Source: Gammaproteobacteria bacterium
GTDB lineage: Bacteria > Pseudomonadota > Gammaproteobacteria > JAJFKG01
Length of the DNA: 64,000 nt
NCBI GenBank assembly: GCA_965116795.1
Contig: OZ220716.1
Location: 1,962,503 to 2,026,502, forward strand
Reading direction: 5' to 3'
Shown: positions 40,292-50,744 of the stretch, piece by piece
Layout of the letters: each line of letters begins with the position of its first letter
How positions within the stretch are numbered: position 1 is the stretch's first letter
Notes under the pieces: generated by a model
Database searches by the model: none
What the model was told of the DNA's origin: nothing
Seen by the model: the letters and a program-made list of their open reading frames with translations, nothing else
Program-made: the position numbers and the translations under genes

Positions 40292-41524
40292 ATGACTAAT
40301 ATTGCTAATATTGAACAAGCCATTCTGGATCTCCAGCAAGGTAAAATGATTATCTTGGTCGATGAAGCAAATCGTGAAAATGAAGGTGATTTGCTAATAG
40401 CAGCTGAATTTGTTACACCAGATCATATTAATTTCATGTCCAAATACGCACGCGGTCTAGTGTGCATGCCAATGAGTGCAGATAACATTGACCGTTTACA
40501 ATTACCAATGATGGTAGAAAAAAATAATGCTAAGTACCATACTCCTTTTACCCATTCAATTGAAGCAGCTAGCGGTATCACCACTGGCATTTCAGCACAT
40601 GATCGTGCGCATACTATTCGTGTAGCAGCTAATCCACATGCAAAACCAACTGATATTGTTACTCCGGGACATATTTTCCCATTACGTGCTAAAGAGGGTG
40701 GGGTATTAGTGCGCTCTGGACATACCGAAGGTTGTGTTGATTTATTACGTTTAGCTAATTTGCATCAATCAGGGGTTATTTGTGAAATCTTGCAAGAAGA
40801 TGGCACAATGGCACGTTTACCAGAATTGACTACATTTGCTAAACAACATGATTTATCCATTGTTTCCATAGTTGATCTGATTGCCTATCGTATGCAACGC
40901 GAATGCTTAATTGAAGAAGTAGCCGATGCACAGTTACCTATTAATGACTTGGGTGATTTTACTATTCGTATTTTCCGAGAAACCATTACTGGTATTGAAC
41001 ATGTCATATTACAACGTGGTGCGATTACATCTGATACACCCTGTTTAGTACGCGTACATTCGGAATGTTTAACCGGTGATATATTTGGTTCAGCATGCTG
41101 TGATTGTGGTTGGCAATTGCAATCAGCACTACAAACAATTAGTCAACAAGGTGGCGTACTGTTATATATGCGTCAACAAGAAGGACGGGGTATTGGATTA
41201 ACAAATAAAATAAAAGCATACGCACTACAACAGCAACACGGTTTAGATACGGTTGAAGCAAATAAACAATTAGGTTTTGGTGCAGACCATCGTGACTATG
41301 GGATTGGTTCACAAATTTTACATGCATTGGGTATTTGCAAAATGCGTTTACTAACCAATAACCCGCGTAAGATTCATGGGATTAATGGCTATGGGCTTGA
41401 AATAGTCAGTCGTGAACCGATCGAAATGCAACCTACGCAGGATAATCAACGATACTTACAGACAAAGCAACAAAAATTAGGGCATCTGTTACAGTTGTCT
41501 AATCATGTTAAGGCAAATGCATAA
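40292..41524 (+). CDS. ribBA: bifunctional DHBP synthase / GTP cyclohydrolase II
   Basis: RENEGD, PGH.FPL, GHTE, RVHSEC.TGD.FGS..CDCG, EGRGIGL, TNNP.K. Confidence 0.96.
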   Translation: MTNIANIEQAILDLQQGKMIILVDEANRENEGDLLIAAEFVTPDHINFMSKYARGLVCMPMSADNIDRLQLPMMVEKNNAKYHTPFTHSIEAASGITTGISAHDRAHTIRVAANPHAKPTDIVTPGHIFPLRAKEGGVLVRSGHTEGCVDLLRLANLHQSGVICEILQEDGTMARLPELTTFAKQHDLSIVSIVDLIAYRMQRECLIEEVADAQLPINDLGDFTIRIFRETITGIEHVILQRGAITSDTPCLVRVHSECLTGDIFGSACCDCGWQLQSALQTISQQGGVLLYMRQQEGRGIGLTNKIKAYALQQQHGLDTVEANKQLGFGADHRDYGIGSQILHALGICKMRLLTNNPRKIHGINGYGLEIVSREPIEMQPTQDNQRYLQTKQQKLGHLLQLSNHVKANA

Positions 41525-41979
41525 TGATTGATCAAGCACATTCATCTCCCCCACATCACATTGGAATTGCTGTTGCTCGTTTTAATCAATCGGTTACTGA
41601 TGCATTGTTAATGGGTGCACAGCAACGTTTGCACGAATGTGGTATCTGTGATGATTATATTCATATTGTTTCAGTGCCCGGTGCTGTTGAATTGCCTTTT
41701 GCTGCGCAGCAATTAGCACAACGCGAACAGATTGCAGCTGTTATTTGCTTAGGGGCAGTGATTAAAGGGGAAACTGACCACTATGACTATGTATGTCAAC
41801 AAGTTAGCTACGGTATTCAACGTGTTACATTAACAATGAATAAGCCCATTATTTTTGGCGTATTAACCACATCAATTGCTGAACAAGCTTTTGCGCGTGC
41901 CGGCGGTAGCAAGGGTAATAAGGGTAGGGAAGCAGCTGATGCAGCATGTGATATGCTAACAATGCTAACTCAGATATAA
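41524..41979 (+). CDS. ribH: 6,7-dimethyl-8-ribityllumazine synthase
   Basis: ARFN, VPGAVELP, G.VIKGETDH, FGVLT, NKG.EAA. Confidence 0.96.
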   Translation: MIDQAHSSPPHHIGIAVARFNQSVTDALLMGAQQRLHECGICDDYIHIVSVPGAVELPFAAQQLAQREQIAAVICLGAVIKGETDHYDYVCQQVSYGIQRVTLTMNKPIIFGVLTTSIAEQAFARAGGSKGNKGREAADAACDMLTMLTQI

Positions 41980-42009
41980 TAAAAAGCGAAGAGTAAAGGG
42001 ATAGTTACA

Positions 42010-43068
42010 ATGACTGCCATATTAAAACAGTGGTACCAGCGTTATTTTTCTGACCAAGAAGCGGTTATCTTATTCTTTATATTAATCTTTAGTTTATTCA
42101 TTTTATCAACAATGGGGCGGATCTTAGCGCCGTTATTTGCCAGCATTGTTATTGCATATTTATTAGATGCACCAATTAATTTATTAGTACGTTGGCGGTG
42201 TCCACGTGCAATTGCCATTGTTGGTGTATTTATCTTATTTCTAGGATTGTTAATCATTGGATTATTTGGTTTCTTACCATTACTGTGGCAGCAATTAATT
42301 AATTTATTTAACGAACTGCCTATTATTATTGGCAAGATTCAGCAATTATTACTACAACTACCTGAGCATTACCCTGAATACGTGAATAGCCATCAAATTA
42401 CTCAAGTGATTGGTTCATTTAAATTGCAACTGGGCAACTTTGGTAAAGCGGTATTATCAATTTCACTGTCTTCAATTCCAAATATTGTGATGCTAATCGT
42501 GTACTTTGTCTTAGTGCCATTACTAGTATTATTTATCTTATTTGATCGAGATGAGTTATTAACTTGGTTACAATCTTTTTTACCACAAAAGCGCACTACA
42601 TTATCGACAATTTGGCGTAACGTGAATGGCCATATTGGTAATTATGTGCGAGGTAAAATTTTAGAAGCCATCATTGTGACAATTGTGTGTTTAATTGCAT
42701 TTGGTTTGCTTGGCTTACAGTATACTATTCTATTAAGTGTGTTAGTCGGATTATCTGTTATCATCCCTTTTGTTGGTGCCGTTGTTGTTACGATCCCCAT
42801 CGTGATTATTGCGTTTATTCAATGGGGCAGTAGTGCCCATTTTGTATATTTGCTGATTGTTTACGGTGTCATTATTACGATTGATGCAAATGTGTTGGTT
42901 CCTTTATTATTTTCTGAAGCCGTGGATATACATCCTGTAGCCATTATCGTCGCTATTTTATTATTTGGTGCTTGGTGGGGTTTTTTGGGAGTCTTTTTTG
43001 CGATCCCGCTGGCTGCATTGGTTAAAACGGTATTTCAATCTTGGCCACGTACACTTGCTGCCAAGTGA
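42010..43068 (+). CDS. AI-2E family transporter (PerM-like)
   Basis: Multi-TM; GNYVRGK, IPFVGA, D.N.LVP.LFSEAV..HP. Confidence 0.9.
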   Translation: MTAILKQWYQRYFSDQEAVILFFILIFSLFILSTMGRILAPLFASIVIAYLLDAPINLLVRWRCPRAIAIVGVFILFLGLLIIGLFGFLPLLWQQLINLFNELPIIIGKIQQLLLQLPEHYPEYVNSHQITQVIGSFKLQLGNFGKAVLSISLSSIPNIVMLIVYFVLVPLLVLFILFDRDELLTWLQSFLPQKRTTLSTIWRNVNGHIGNYVRGKILEAIIVTIVCLIAFGLLGLQYTILLSVLVGLSVIIPFVGAVVVTIPIVIIAFIQWGSSAHFVYLLIVYGVIITIDANVLVPLLFSEAVDIHPVAIIVAILLFGAWWGFLGVFFAIPLAALVKTVFQSWPRTLAAK

Positions 43069-43071
43069 TAT

Positions 43072-43671
43072 TTATAAATCTATAATATCAACTTCATCGA
43101 ATTCATCTTCATCAGATTGATCATGATAATAGGATCGAACAATCACAGTATCCCCAATTTCTAAATGGTATTCACTTAACCAAGCAGCATCGCCAGGCGG
43201 CACCCGAATACAGCCATGACTTGCGTTATGATCGGGAACATCGTTTGAACCGTGTATTGCATATCCTCCTGTAAAGAACATGCAATGTGGCATTGGTGCG
43301 CCACCGCGGCCAAGTGGAAATTTTGAAGATTTACAATCTTCTCCATGTTTACGATAGATTCGATATGTACCTGCTGGTGTTGTACATGCTCTACCGGTAT
43401 CTGCACAAAAAAATTGTCCACCAGAAGCACGTCCTTGTTGAACTAAGTGGCCATCTTCATCATATAACGCATAACTAGTATATTTAGGATCGAAAATAAA
43501 AACACTATGTCCAGTTGCTTCGCGAGTTTCCGGGAAATAATATTCTGTTTGATAATAATCAGTATGATCATTAGCAAAAAATGAGTGATGTGAATTGCTA
43601 CAACCGGTTAATCCGATTATCAATAGTGGGAATAATATAATTAATTTGTAATGGCATTGAAGTGATGGCAT
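43072..43671 (-). CDS. L,D-transpeptidase-family lipoprotein (EnhA-like)
   Basis: LTGC lipobox; TPAG.Y.I, GYAIHGS...SHGCIR. Confidence 0.88.
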   Translation of the reverse strand: MPSLQCHYKLIILFPLLIIGLTGCSNSHHSFFANDHTDYYQTEYYFPETREATGHSVFIFDPKYTSYALYDEDGHLVQQGRASGGQFFCADTGRACTTPAGTYRIYRKHGEDCKSSKFPLGRGGAPMPHCMFFTGGYAIHGSNDVPDHNASHGCIRVPPGDAAWLSEYHLEIGDTVIVRSYYHDQSDEDEFDEVDIIDL

Positions 43672-43891
43672 TGCTTTATTCTCTTATTTTATTAGCCAGA
43701 ATAACTGTCGTTATTTAAATAATGGCACTTTATCCTTGTTAGGCGAGTACATCGGCTGTAGTCAATTAGTATTTAGAATGATTACTTGATTGTTTTAGTG
43801 GCAATTCTTGAGAAAGAAATGGTAAAACACAATGATATTATATGCACACTCAAGCAGTATACTTTAGATTACTCGAAAGTTGGAAATAGCG

Positions 43892-44215
43892 TTAATCTTC
43901 ATTTTGAAAGAATTCATCACTTGGTGTTACTGGTTTACACCCTAGGCAACGACCAAATAAATCGTATACTGGTTCAGTTACTAAGCGTTGCTGTGCTTGC
44001 TGACTATTACCACCGATTAAACTGAAAGGTAATGTTAATAAATAGGTAGTAAACCCAACAACACTGGCTGCTGCTGCTGCTGGTCTACCTAGCACAGCAT
44101 CCATTGTCATATTATCTGCTGTTGGTGTATTAGCAAATACAATGGGTACATTGATTAATGTCCATAAGATACTAAGTGCAATAGTATAGGTAGTCATTTT
44201 TTTTAATGTTTGCAT
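43892..44215 (-). CDS. conserved exported hypothetical protein
   Basis: Signal peptide; M..DA..GRP...LPFS..GG...LV.EP...F.RCLG pattern; GGAGAG RBS. Confidence 0.65.
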   Translation of the reverse strand: MQTLKKMTTYTIALSILWTLINVPIVFANTPTADNMTMDAVLGRPAAAAASVVGFTTYLLTLPFSLIGGNSQQAQQRLVTEPVYDLFGRCLGCKPVTPSDEFFQNED

Positions 44216-44358
44216 GATGCTCTCCGCGTTTATTTTTTGCACAAAAATAAGTCGCAGTAGTACTGCAAAATAAGCACCAATTTAATACCTGTCTAGGTTC
44301 TATTCAGGGAAACACCATCATAATGGTTAAAAATAATACACGAAAAAGGCTGGATGCA

Positions 44359-47031
44359 TTATTTTGTCATGAGATTACGCAATACATAGTGCAAAATGCC
44401 ACCATGTTTAAAATAATTTAATTCGTTTTGGGTATCAATTCGACATAAAACCGTTATCGTTTGTTGGCTACCATCAGAGCGCGTAATCACAATAGATAAA
44501 TCACCACCTGCTGTTAACTGAGTAAGTCCATGAATATCGATAACTTCACTGCCATCTAATGTAAGTGATTGACGATTTTCACCTGATTTAAATTGTAATG
44601 GCAGTATGCCCATACCAATTAAATTGGAACGATGGATCCGTTCGTAACTTTCAGTGATAACTGCTTTGCAACCCAGTAATCGAGGGCCTTTAGCAGCCCA
44701 ATCACGTGATGAACCAGTACCATATTCTTTGCCGGCAATCACAACGGTTGCTATATTATCTTGTTGATAACGCATTGCTGCATCAAAAATAGGAATGACA
44801 TCACCACTTGGTTTATGCGTTGTAACACCACCTTCCGTACCGGGTGCCATTTCATTGCGGATACGAATATTGGCAAATGTGCCACGCATCATCACTTCAT
44901 GGTTACCACGACGTGCACCATATGCATTAAAGTCTTTAATGCTGACACCGTGTTGTTGTAGATATAATCCAGCAGGACTATCTGGTTTAATCGCACCAGC
45001 AGGGGAAATATGATCAGTAGTGATACTATCACCTAACAATGCCAAAATGCGTGCTTGTTTAATATCCTGTAATGGTGGTACTTGCAAACTCAAATCAGCA
45101 AAGTAGGGTGGATGTTGCACGTAAGTGGAATCATTATTCCAAGCATAGGTTTGACTGCTACTGCTGGCTAATGCATTCCATCGTTTATCACCTTTGAACA
45201 CATCAGCATACTCTTTACGAAACATTGCTGCATTGACTTTTGCTACTTCAGCAGCAACTTCGGTATTAGATGGCCAAATATCTTTAAGAAAGACCGGTTT
45301 CCCATGTTGATCTTCGCCAATGGGATCATTTGCCAAGTTGATTGCTGTGGTACCTGCCAATGCATAAGCAACAACCAGTGGTGGTGAGGTTAACCAATTG
45401 GCTTTTGTTAGTGGATGTACACGGCCTTCAAAGTTACGATTACCGGATAATACCGCTGATGCAACGATATCATGTTGTTCAATGGCATGGGTGACGTTAT
45501 CTGGCAACGGGCCTGAATTACCAATACATGTTGTACAACCATAGCCAACTAAATTAAAGCCCAATGCATCTAAGTGTTGTTGCAGATCAGCTTTGAGTAA
45601 ATATTCAGTCACCACTTTAGAGCCTGGTGCTAATGATGATTTTACCCATGATTTGCGCATTAAGCCTTTTTCAATTGCTTTTTTAGCGACTAAGCCAGCT
45701 GCCATTAATACACTGGGATTTGATGTATTAGTGCAGCTGGTAATGGCTGCAATCACAACTGCACCGTGTTGCAATGTGTAATCGGCATTATCAACTGTAA
45801 ATGATTTATCTTTTTCTGCTGATTTGCCTGAATCATTTAACAACTGATAAAAACACGTATCTAACTCACGTAGTAATACGCGATCTTGTGGTCGTTTAGG
45901 ACCTGCCAAGCTGGGTTCTACTGTGCCAAGATCCAATGATACAGTATCGGTAAATACTGGATCAGGGGTATTATCATCACGCCATAATCCCTGTGCTTTA
46001 GCATATGCTTCGACCAATGCTATGGTTTGTGGATTACGCCCGGTTAATGTTAAGTAACGCAAAGTTTCTTGATCTAATGGGAAGAAACCACAGGTTGCAC
46101 CATATTCTGGTGCCATGTTACTAATTGTGGCACGATCGGCTAAAGGTAAATGTGTCAAGCCTGATCCGTAAAATTCAACGAATTTACCAACAACGCCTTT
46201 CTTACGCAGCATTTGGGTGACTGTTAATACCAAATCAGTTGCAGTGATCCCTTCTTGCAATTGTCCGGTTAACTTAAAGCCAATTACTTCTGGGATCAGC
46301 ATAGAAATAGCTTGTCCTAACATCGCAGCTTCTGCTTCGATACCACCAACACCCCAACCCAATACACCTAAACCATTAATCATAGTGGTATGTGAGTCAG
46401 TACCGACTACGGTATCAGGATAGGCAATAGTATTGTTATCTTCTTGGCGTTGCCATACACATTGAGCTAAATATTCTAAGTTAACTTGATGACAAATACC
46501 GGTACCAGGTGGAACAACATTAAAATTACTAAACGCTTGTTGTCCCCAACGCAGAAATTCATAGCGTTCACGATTACGTTGCATTTCAATATCAGTATTG
46601 GCAATAAATGCTTTATTATTGCCAAATTGATCAACTTGTACAGAATGATCAATGACTAAATCAACAGGGTTTAATGGATTAATTGCTTTCGGATCCCCAC
46701 CAAGCTTAGCTAAGGCATCACGCATTGCGGCTAAGTCAACAATTGCAGGAACGCCAGTAAAATCTTGCATTAACACACGCGTTGGTCGATAGGCAATTTC
46801 GTGTTGGCTAGATTGGACCTTTAACCAATTTGCTAGCGCTTTAATATCATCAGGTGTGACTGTATCGTTATCTTCATGGCGTAATAAGTTTTCTAATAAT
46901 ACTTTTAGTGAAAACGGTAAACGTTCGATGCCAGGTAATGTCTTTGCTGCATCGGTTAGACTGTAGTATGTATATGTTTTGTTTTTTACTTTAAGTTGTT
47001 GGCGTGCTTTAAAACTATTATAGGTGTTCAT
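44359..47031 (-). CDS. acnA: aconitate hydratase A
   Basis: [45 protein letters not shown]. Confidence 0.98.
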   Translation of the reverse strand: MNTYNSFKARQQLKVKNKTYTYYSLTDAAKTLPGIERLPFSLKVLLENLLRHEDNDTVTPDDIKALANWLKVQSSQHEIAYRPTRVLMQDFTGVPAIVDLAAMRDALAKLGGDPKAINPLNPVDLVIDHSVQVDQFGNNKAFIANTDIEMQRNRERYEFLRWGQQAFSNFNVVPPGTGICHQVNLEYLAQCVWQRQEDNNTIAYPDTVVGTDSHTTMINGLGVLGWGVGGIEAEAAMLGQAISMLIPEVIGFKLTGQLQEGITATDLVLTVTQMLRKKGVVGKFVEFYGSGLTHLPLADRATISNMAPEYGATCGFFPLDQETLRYLTLTGRNPQTIALVEAYAKAQGLWRDDNTPDPVFTDTVSLDLGTVEPSLAGPKRPQDRVLLRELDTCFYQLLNDSGKSAEKDKSFTVDNADYTLQHGAVVIAAITSCTNTSNPSVLMAAGLVAKKAIEKGLMRKSWVKSSLAPGSKVVTEYLLKADLQQHLDALGFNLVGYGCTTCIGNSGPLPDNVTHAIEQHDIVASAVLSGNRNFEGRVHPLTKANWLTSPPLVVAYALAGTTAINLANDPIGEDQHGKPVFLKDIWPSNTEVAAEVAKVNAAMFRKEYADVFKGDKRWNALASSSSQTYAWNNDSTYVQHPPYFADLSLQVPPLQDIKQARILALLGDSITTDHISPAGAIKPDSPAGLYLQQHGVSIKDFNAYGARRGNHEVMMRGTFANIRIRNEMAPGTEGGVTTHKPSGDVIPIFDAAMRYQQDNIATVVIAGKEYGTGSSRDWAAKGPRLLGCKAVITESYERIHRSNLIGMGILPLQFKSGENRQSLTLDGSEVIDIHGLTQLTAGGDLSIVITRSDGSQQTITVLCRIDTQNELNYFKHGGILHYVLRNLMTK

Positions 47032-47137
47032 ATATTCCCCTAAGTATCTTTTTATAGTAACTGGTTACTTTAATGGTATGTAATATGTTGTTTGGCAATA
47101 AAGATGCGAGCTTTTTAAGCTTACTTTATCCCAATAG

Positions 47138-47262
47138 CCATCCTCCCGTGGCTTGACCGCGGGATCCAGAGAATTACGCACACAGTATAGATAGTTAGCT
47201 TTTATGTTGCAATAAATGAGTTCTATTTTTATGGAGCCCGTGGTCAAGCTGCGAGATGGCGG
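47138..47262. repeat. inverted REP-like doublet (RPE-4-like)
   Basis: TCCCGTGGCTTGACCGCGGGATCCAG ... GGAGCCCGTGGTCAAGCTGCGAGATG. Confidence 0.75.
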
Positions 47263-47290
47263 GCTTTGAGAAGAATTTGTCAAATTCGTG

Positions 47291-48337
47291 TTAAATAATA
47301 CAAACTTCTGGCTCTAATGTGATATTAAATTGGGTATGTACTGATTGAATAATCTCGTCAGCGAAATTACGAATAGCTTCGCCAGTACTCTGACCATAGT
47401 TTACTAATACTAACGCTTGCTGTGAATATACACCGATATCACCGCTGCGTTTACCGCGCCAACCACATTGTTCAATTAACCATGCAGCAGGTAGTTTAAT
47501 GTGAACATCACTAATCGAGTAATAAGGTATATCTGTGTGTGTTTGCTGTAATTGATGAAAATGTTCGATAGAAATAATTGGGTTTTTAAAGAAACTACCT
47601 GCGTTAGCTAAGACAGCAGGATCAGGCAATTTTTGTTGGCGAATAGCTATCACAGCATTGCTGACATCGTGAATGGTTGGTGATGTGATCCCTTGTTCAG
47701 TTAAATAGTCAGCTAATCCTGCATACTGAATATTAATATCAGGTTTCTTTGATAAGGTTAAACAAACCTGACAAATGATGTATTTGTTGCGTAATTTGGT
47801 TTTAAATATACTATGACGGTAATCAAAATCACAATCTGCTTGTTTAAATGTATGGATTGAGCCATCCTCAATGGCAACAGCCGTTAACTGTAAAAAGCAA
47901 TCAGCTAATTCAACGCCATAAGCACCAATATTTTGTACAGGTGCAGCACCAACTAAACCTGGAATTAGCGATAGATTTTCGATACCAGCATAATGGTGTT
48001 GCAAACTCCACATGACCAATCGATGCCAATTTTCACCTGCGCCAATTTCAATTGATACTGCAGTATCTGTTTCTACTATAACATTAATACCCGTTATACA
48101 GACGCGAATAACAATGCCAGGAAAATCTTGTGTCAGTAAGATATTACTGCCACCACCTAAAATTAATAGTGGCAGCGATTTATATGTAGAATGTGTTTTT
48201 ATATACTGTAGCAATTGTTGTAGTTCGACAATGGTACTAACATCACATAAATAATCTGCAGTTGCCTCTATTGCAAACGTATTATAAGTTTTTAATGAAA
48301 TTCCTTGTTTGATCTTAGGAGTAGGGTGCATATACAT
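47291..48337 (-). CDS. murB: UDP-N-acetylmuramate dehydrogenase
   Basis: GGGSN, IPGLVGAAPVQNIGAYG, YRHS.FK, NAGSFFKNP, LEPEV. Confidence 0.97.
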   Translation of the reverse strand: MYMHPTPKIKQGISLKTYNTFAIEATADYLCDVSTIVELQQLLQYIKTHSTYKSLPLLILGGGSNILLTQDFPGIVIRVCITGINVIVETDTAVSIEIGAGENWHRLVMWSLQHHYAGIENLSLIPGLVGAAPVQNIGAYGVELADCFLQLTAVAIEDGSIHTFKQADCDFDYRHSIFKTKLRNKYIICQVCLTLSKKPDINIQYAGLADYLTEQGITSPTIHDVSNAVIAIRQQKLPDPAVLANAGSFFKNPIISIEHFHQLQQTHTDIPYYSISDVHIKLPAAWLIEQCGWRGKRSGDIGVYSQQALVLVNYGQSTGEAIRNFADEIIQSVHTQFNITLEPEVCII

Positions 48338-48361
48338 ATCACTTTATATGTTAATAGTTAG

Positions 48362-49144
48362 CTAACCATTTCTATTGTTTCTGTAATGTTGCAATTTGGT
48401 TTGGGTAGCCAACAACGTTGCTGCTGATGGTGTATATGGTGTTATTTTGATTAACATACCAAATAAAGGGTGATCAAAATAGTGAATTTCATTAGCACGA
48501 ATTCGTTGCGTTTGTTGCAATGAGAATTGTTGATACAGTTCATCAGATGAAGTGGTTAACAGCATTTGTATTGATCTTGGCAATTGTTTAGTTAATTCAG
48601 TCAACCTTAGATTAGCTGCCACAGAAATATAGTTCTGAGTTTGCTTCAATGTCAGTAAACCAGCAAATTCTGCAGAAGGTTGATATGTCAGACTAGTTTG
48701 CTCTGAAGCAATTTGTGGGTATTGTTCACCACCGGCTATATATATTGGCCGTGTGCTACGTTTTTTGGTAATTGGTTGTACCCAAGCCCCATGCCAAATC
48801 ATTCGATAATTCGAACGTTTAGTTAGCTTAGTTAATGTATTAGTTAAACCAAATCGATTATCTGGCAAGATATCATATGCTGCAATTGATTCATCGGCAT
48901 CACTATAAGTAAGCTGCCAAGCACTAGTAATAGTAGGTAGGGGAGTTGATGTTGACCATGTTTCAGATACGTGATTGATATCAGCTGTTTGAGAAAAGAC
49001 AATCACATCAATTTGATACCAATTCCGTGCATCTATAAAAGGTAAATTTCCCTGTGCTTCAGATGCTTCAACTGTTATAAAAAATAAACAGATTATCAGT
49101 AATAACCACGTACAACTTTGCTTGACTATATTTTGTGGTATCAT
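48362..49144 (-). CDS. peptidoglycan-binding CsiV-family protein
   Basis: WYQIDVIVF, H.AW.QP, EIHYFDHP.FGML..I.P. Confidence 0.75.
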   Translation of the reverse strand: MIPQNIVKQSCTWLLLIICLFFITVEASEAQGNLPFIDARNWYQIDVIVFSQTADINHVSETWSTSTPLPTITSAWQLTYSDADESIAAYDILPDNRFGLTNTLTKLTKRSNYRMIWHGAWVQPITKKRSTRPIYIAGGEQYPQIASEQTSLTYQPSAEFAGLLTLKQTQNYISVAANLRLTELTKQLPRSIQMLLTTSSDELYQQFSLQQTQRIRANEIHYFDHPLFGMLIKITPYTPSAATLLATQTKLQHYRNNRNG

Positions 49145-49259
49145 GCCTCACCTAAATGGCGCCTGAGTAGTTACGCTAGATCAATATCATACAGAAACCT
49201 AGCAAGGCATGCCACGGCTATTTTTTATACATATCTGACTAAGATTAGTGGTGGGGTAT

Positions 49260-49292
49260 TTAAGCTAACGTTAAGTTTAGTGTGCTTATAAT
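49260..49292 (+). promoter_or_regulatory. PmrA-type tandem repeat plus -10 box
   Basis: TTAA-N7-TTAA-GT-TT-N8-TATAAT. Confidence 0.55.
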
Positions 49293-49350
49293 AGCCATTG
49301 AAAACCGAAATAAAATAATTATACTATTGATTTTGCAAGGAAATTATGTA

Positions 49351-49644
49351 ATGATAATAAAATTGGGACAAAAACAATCTTTACACTCTCCTGAAACACT
49401 GGGTGAGAATAAGCGAGATCCACTACAACCCAGCGACATTGCACTTGAAGAAGCAACAACACTTACCTGGTTAACAGCTCGTCCAGGCCAATTCAGTCAA
49501 TCACGGTATACATTATTTGGCACACGTCGACTAACGGATTCTTATGAGACGTTTGATGCTGCTAAACGTGCAGAAACAGGTAATGTAGATAATGCTGCAG
49601 AATTACCTAGTGATACTTCATCTAATAATAACTGCACCAAATAA
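49351..49644 (+). CDS. hypothetical 97-aa protein, candidate effector
   Basis: AAGGA upstream of ATG 49351; PmrA-type promoter; no recognised domain. Confidence 0.45.
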   Translation: MIIKLGQKQSLHSPETLGENKRDPLQPSDIALEEATTLTWLTARPGQFSQSRYTLFGTRRLTDSYETFDAAKRAETGNVDNAAELPSDTSSNNNCTK

Positions 49645-49772
49645 TAGACTGCATAATTAATAAACAATCTAAGCGAATTCTCCTGCTATATCTGGAATAT
49701 AGATTATACTGTGTTTGGTAACCCAGACTCGGGTTTTAGTAATATTGCATTCCATGGTAGGAGAAGTGGTAC

Positions 49773-50549
49773 GTGAATAGGACCGTCATTGCATTATTAT
49801 CAGTTGGCATATTGTTATCGTCTGCTGCATCAGCCGCCACATTAGGCAAATTAAATGTTGAATCGGGTATTGGCCAACCATTGAAAATACGTATACCAAT
49901 TACGATTGCCAAACAAGATGCGCACAATAAAATAACGGCCACCTTGGCACCGGTTAAAATCAACGATGCAATTGCTAAGCAGCAACGCGTTGTATTAGAT
50001 GATCTTAATTTTGCCGTTGTTAGTCAAGATGGCGATAATCCATATATTCAAGTGACTAGCCAAAAACCGGTTAACCAACCTATTCTACGTTTGCCGATTC
50101 GTATCAGTTGGCAAGATGGTGAATTGTTGCGTGAATATACATTATTCCTTGATCCACCTAAAGAACATCAGAAAAAAGCACTCGTACAACACCTGTTACC
50201 AACCACAACACGCCAACAGGTAACAGTACCTAATAAAGTCAATAGCGCTAAAGTAACGGTTAATCATAAAAAGCGGGTATATGGGCCAACGCGGTCAAAT
50301 GATCGATTATGGAAAATCGCAAAAGCATATCATCCATCAGGTAGTAAAACATCGGTACAGCAATTAACGCTTGCTATATTTTTAGCAAATCCACACGCTT
50401 TTATTCATGGTAATATGAATGTATTAAAGCGAAACCAATATCTGCGTATTCCAACATTACATGCTGCTAGTGCCTATTCACAACGAAAAGCAGTCATGGC
50501 AATTAATCATAACAAAACATTATCAGCAAAGAGTAAGCGGACGCGGTAG
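49773..50549 (+). CDS. FimV N-terminal/LysM-like exported protein (no membrane anchor)
   Basis: LG.L.V.S.IGQPL, REYTLFLDPP, LW.IA, ANPHAF..GN.N.L....LRIP. Confidence 0.85.
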   Translation: MNRTVIALLSVGILLSSAASAATLGKLNVESGIGQPLKIRIPITIAKQDAHNKITATLAPVKINDAIAKQQRVVLDDLNFAVVSQDGDNPYIQVTSQKPVNQPILRLPIRISWQDGELLREYTLFLDPPKEHQKKALVQHLLPTTTRQQVTVPNKVNSAKVTVNHKKRVYGPTRSNDRLWKIAKAYHPSGSKTSVQQLTLAIFLANPHAFIHGNMNVLKRNQYLRIPTLHAASAYSQRKAVMAINHNKTLSAKSKRTR

Positions 50550-50603
50550 CAATAGATTATTTTTTGGGAATTAGAAACAACTAAAATATATACGCGCCGC
50601 ATA

Positions 50604-50672
50604 TTAGAAATATGGCAAATAGAAGCGACAATTCATTTGAATTGTAACAAAAGATAGACTCAAGCAGATTGG
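50604..50672 (+). repeat. dispersed repeat: flank plus left end of ERIC-like element
   Basis: Similar to 9280-9350 (TAGAAATA.GGCAAATAGAA.CGA...TTCATTT...ATAGACTCAAGCA). Confidence 0.65.
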
Positions 50673-50744
50673 CTTGAATATTCATAGCTAATTATGCATG
50701 ATAATCTGTAGCTTATAAGAAGAGTAGATTAGCGGAGGTCTAGT

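Noticed and set aside
47065-47283. 72-aa ORF (LDPAVKPRED)
   Set aside because: It is a translation of the REP doublet with no evidence of being a real gene.
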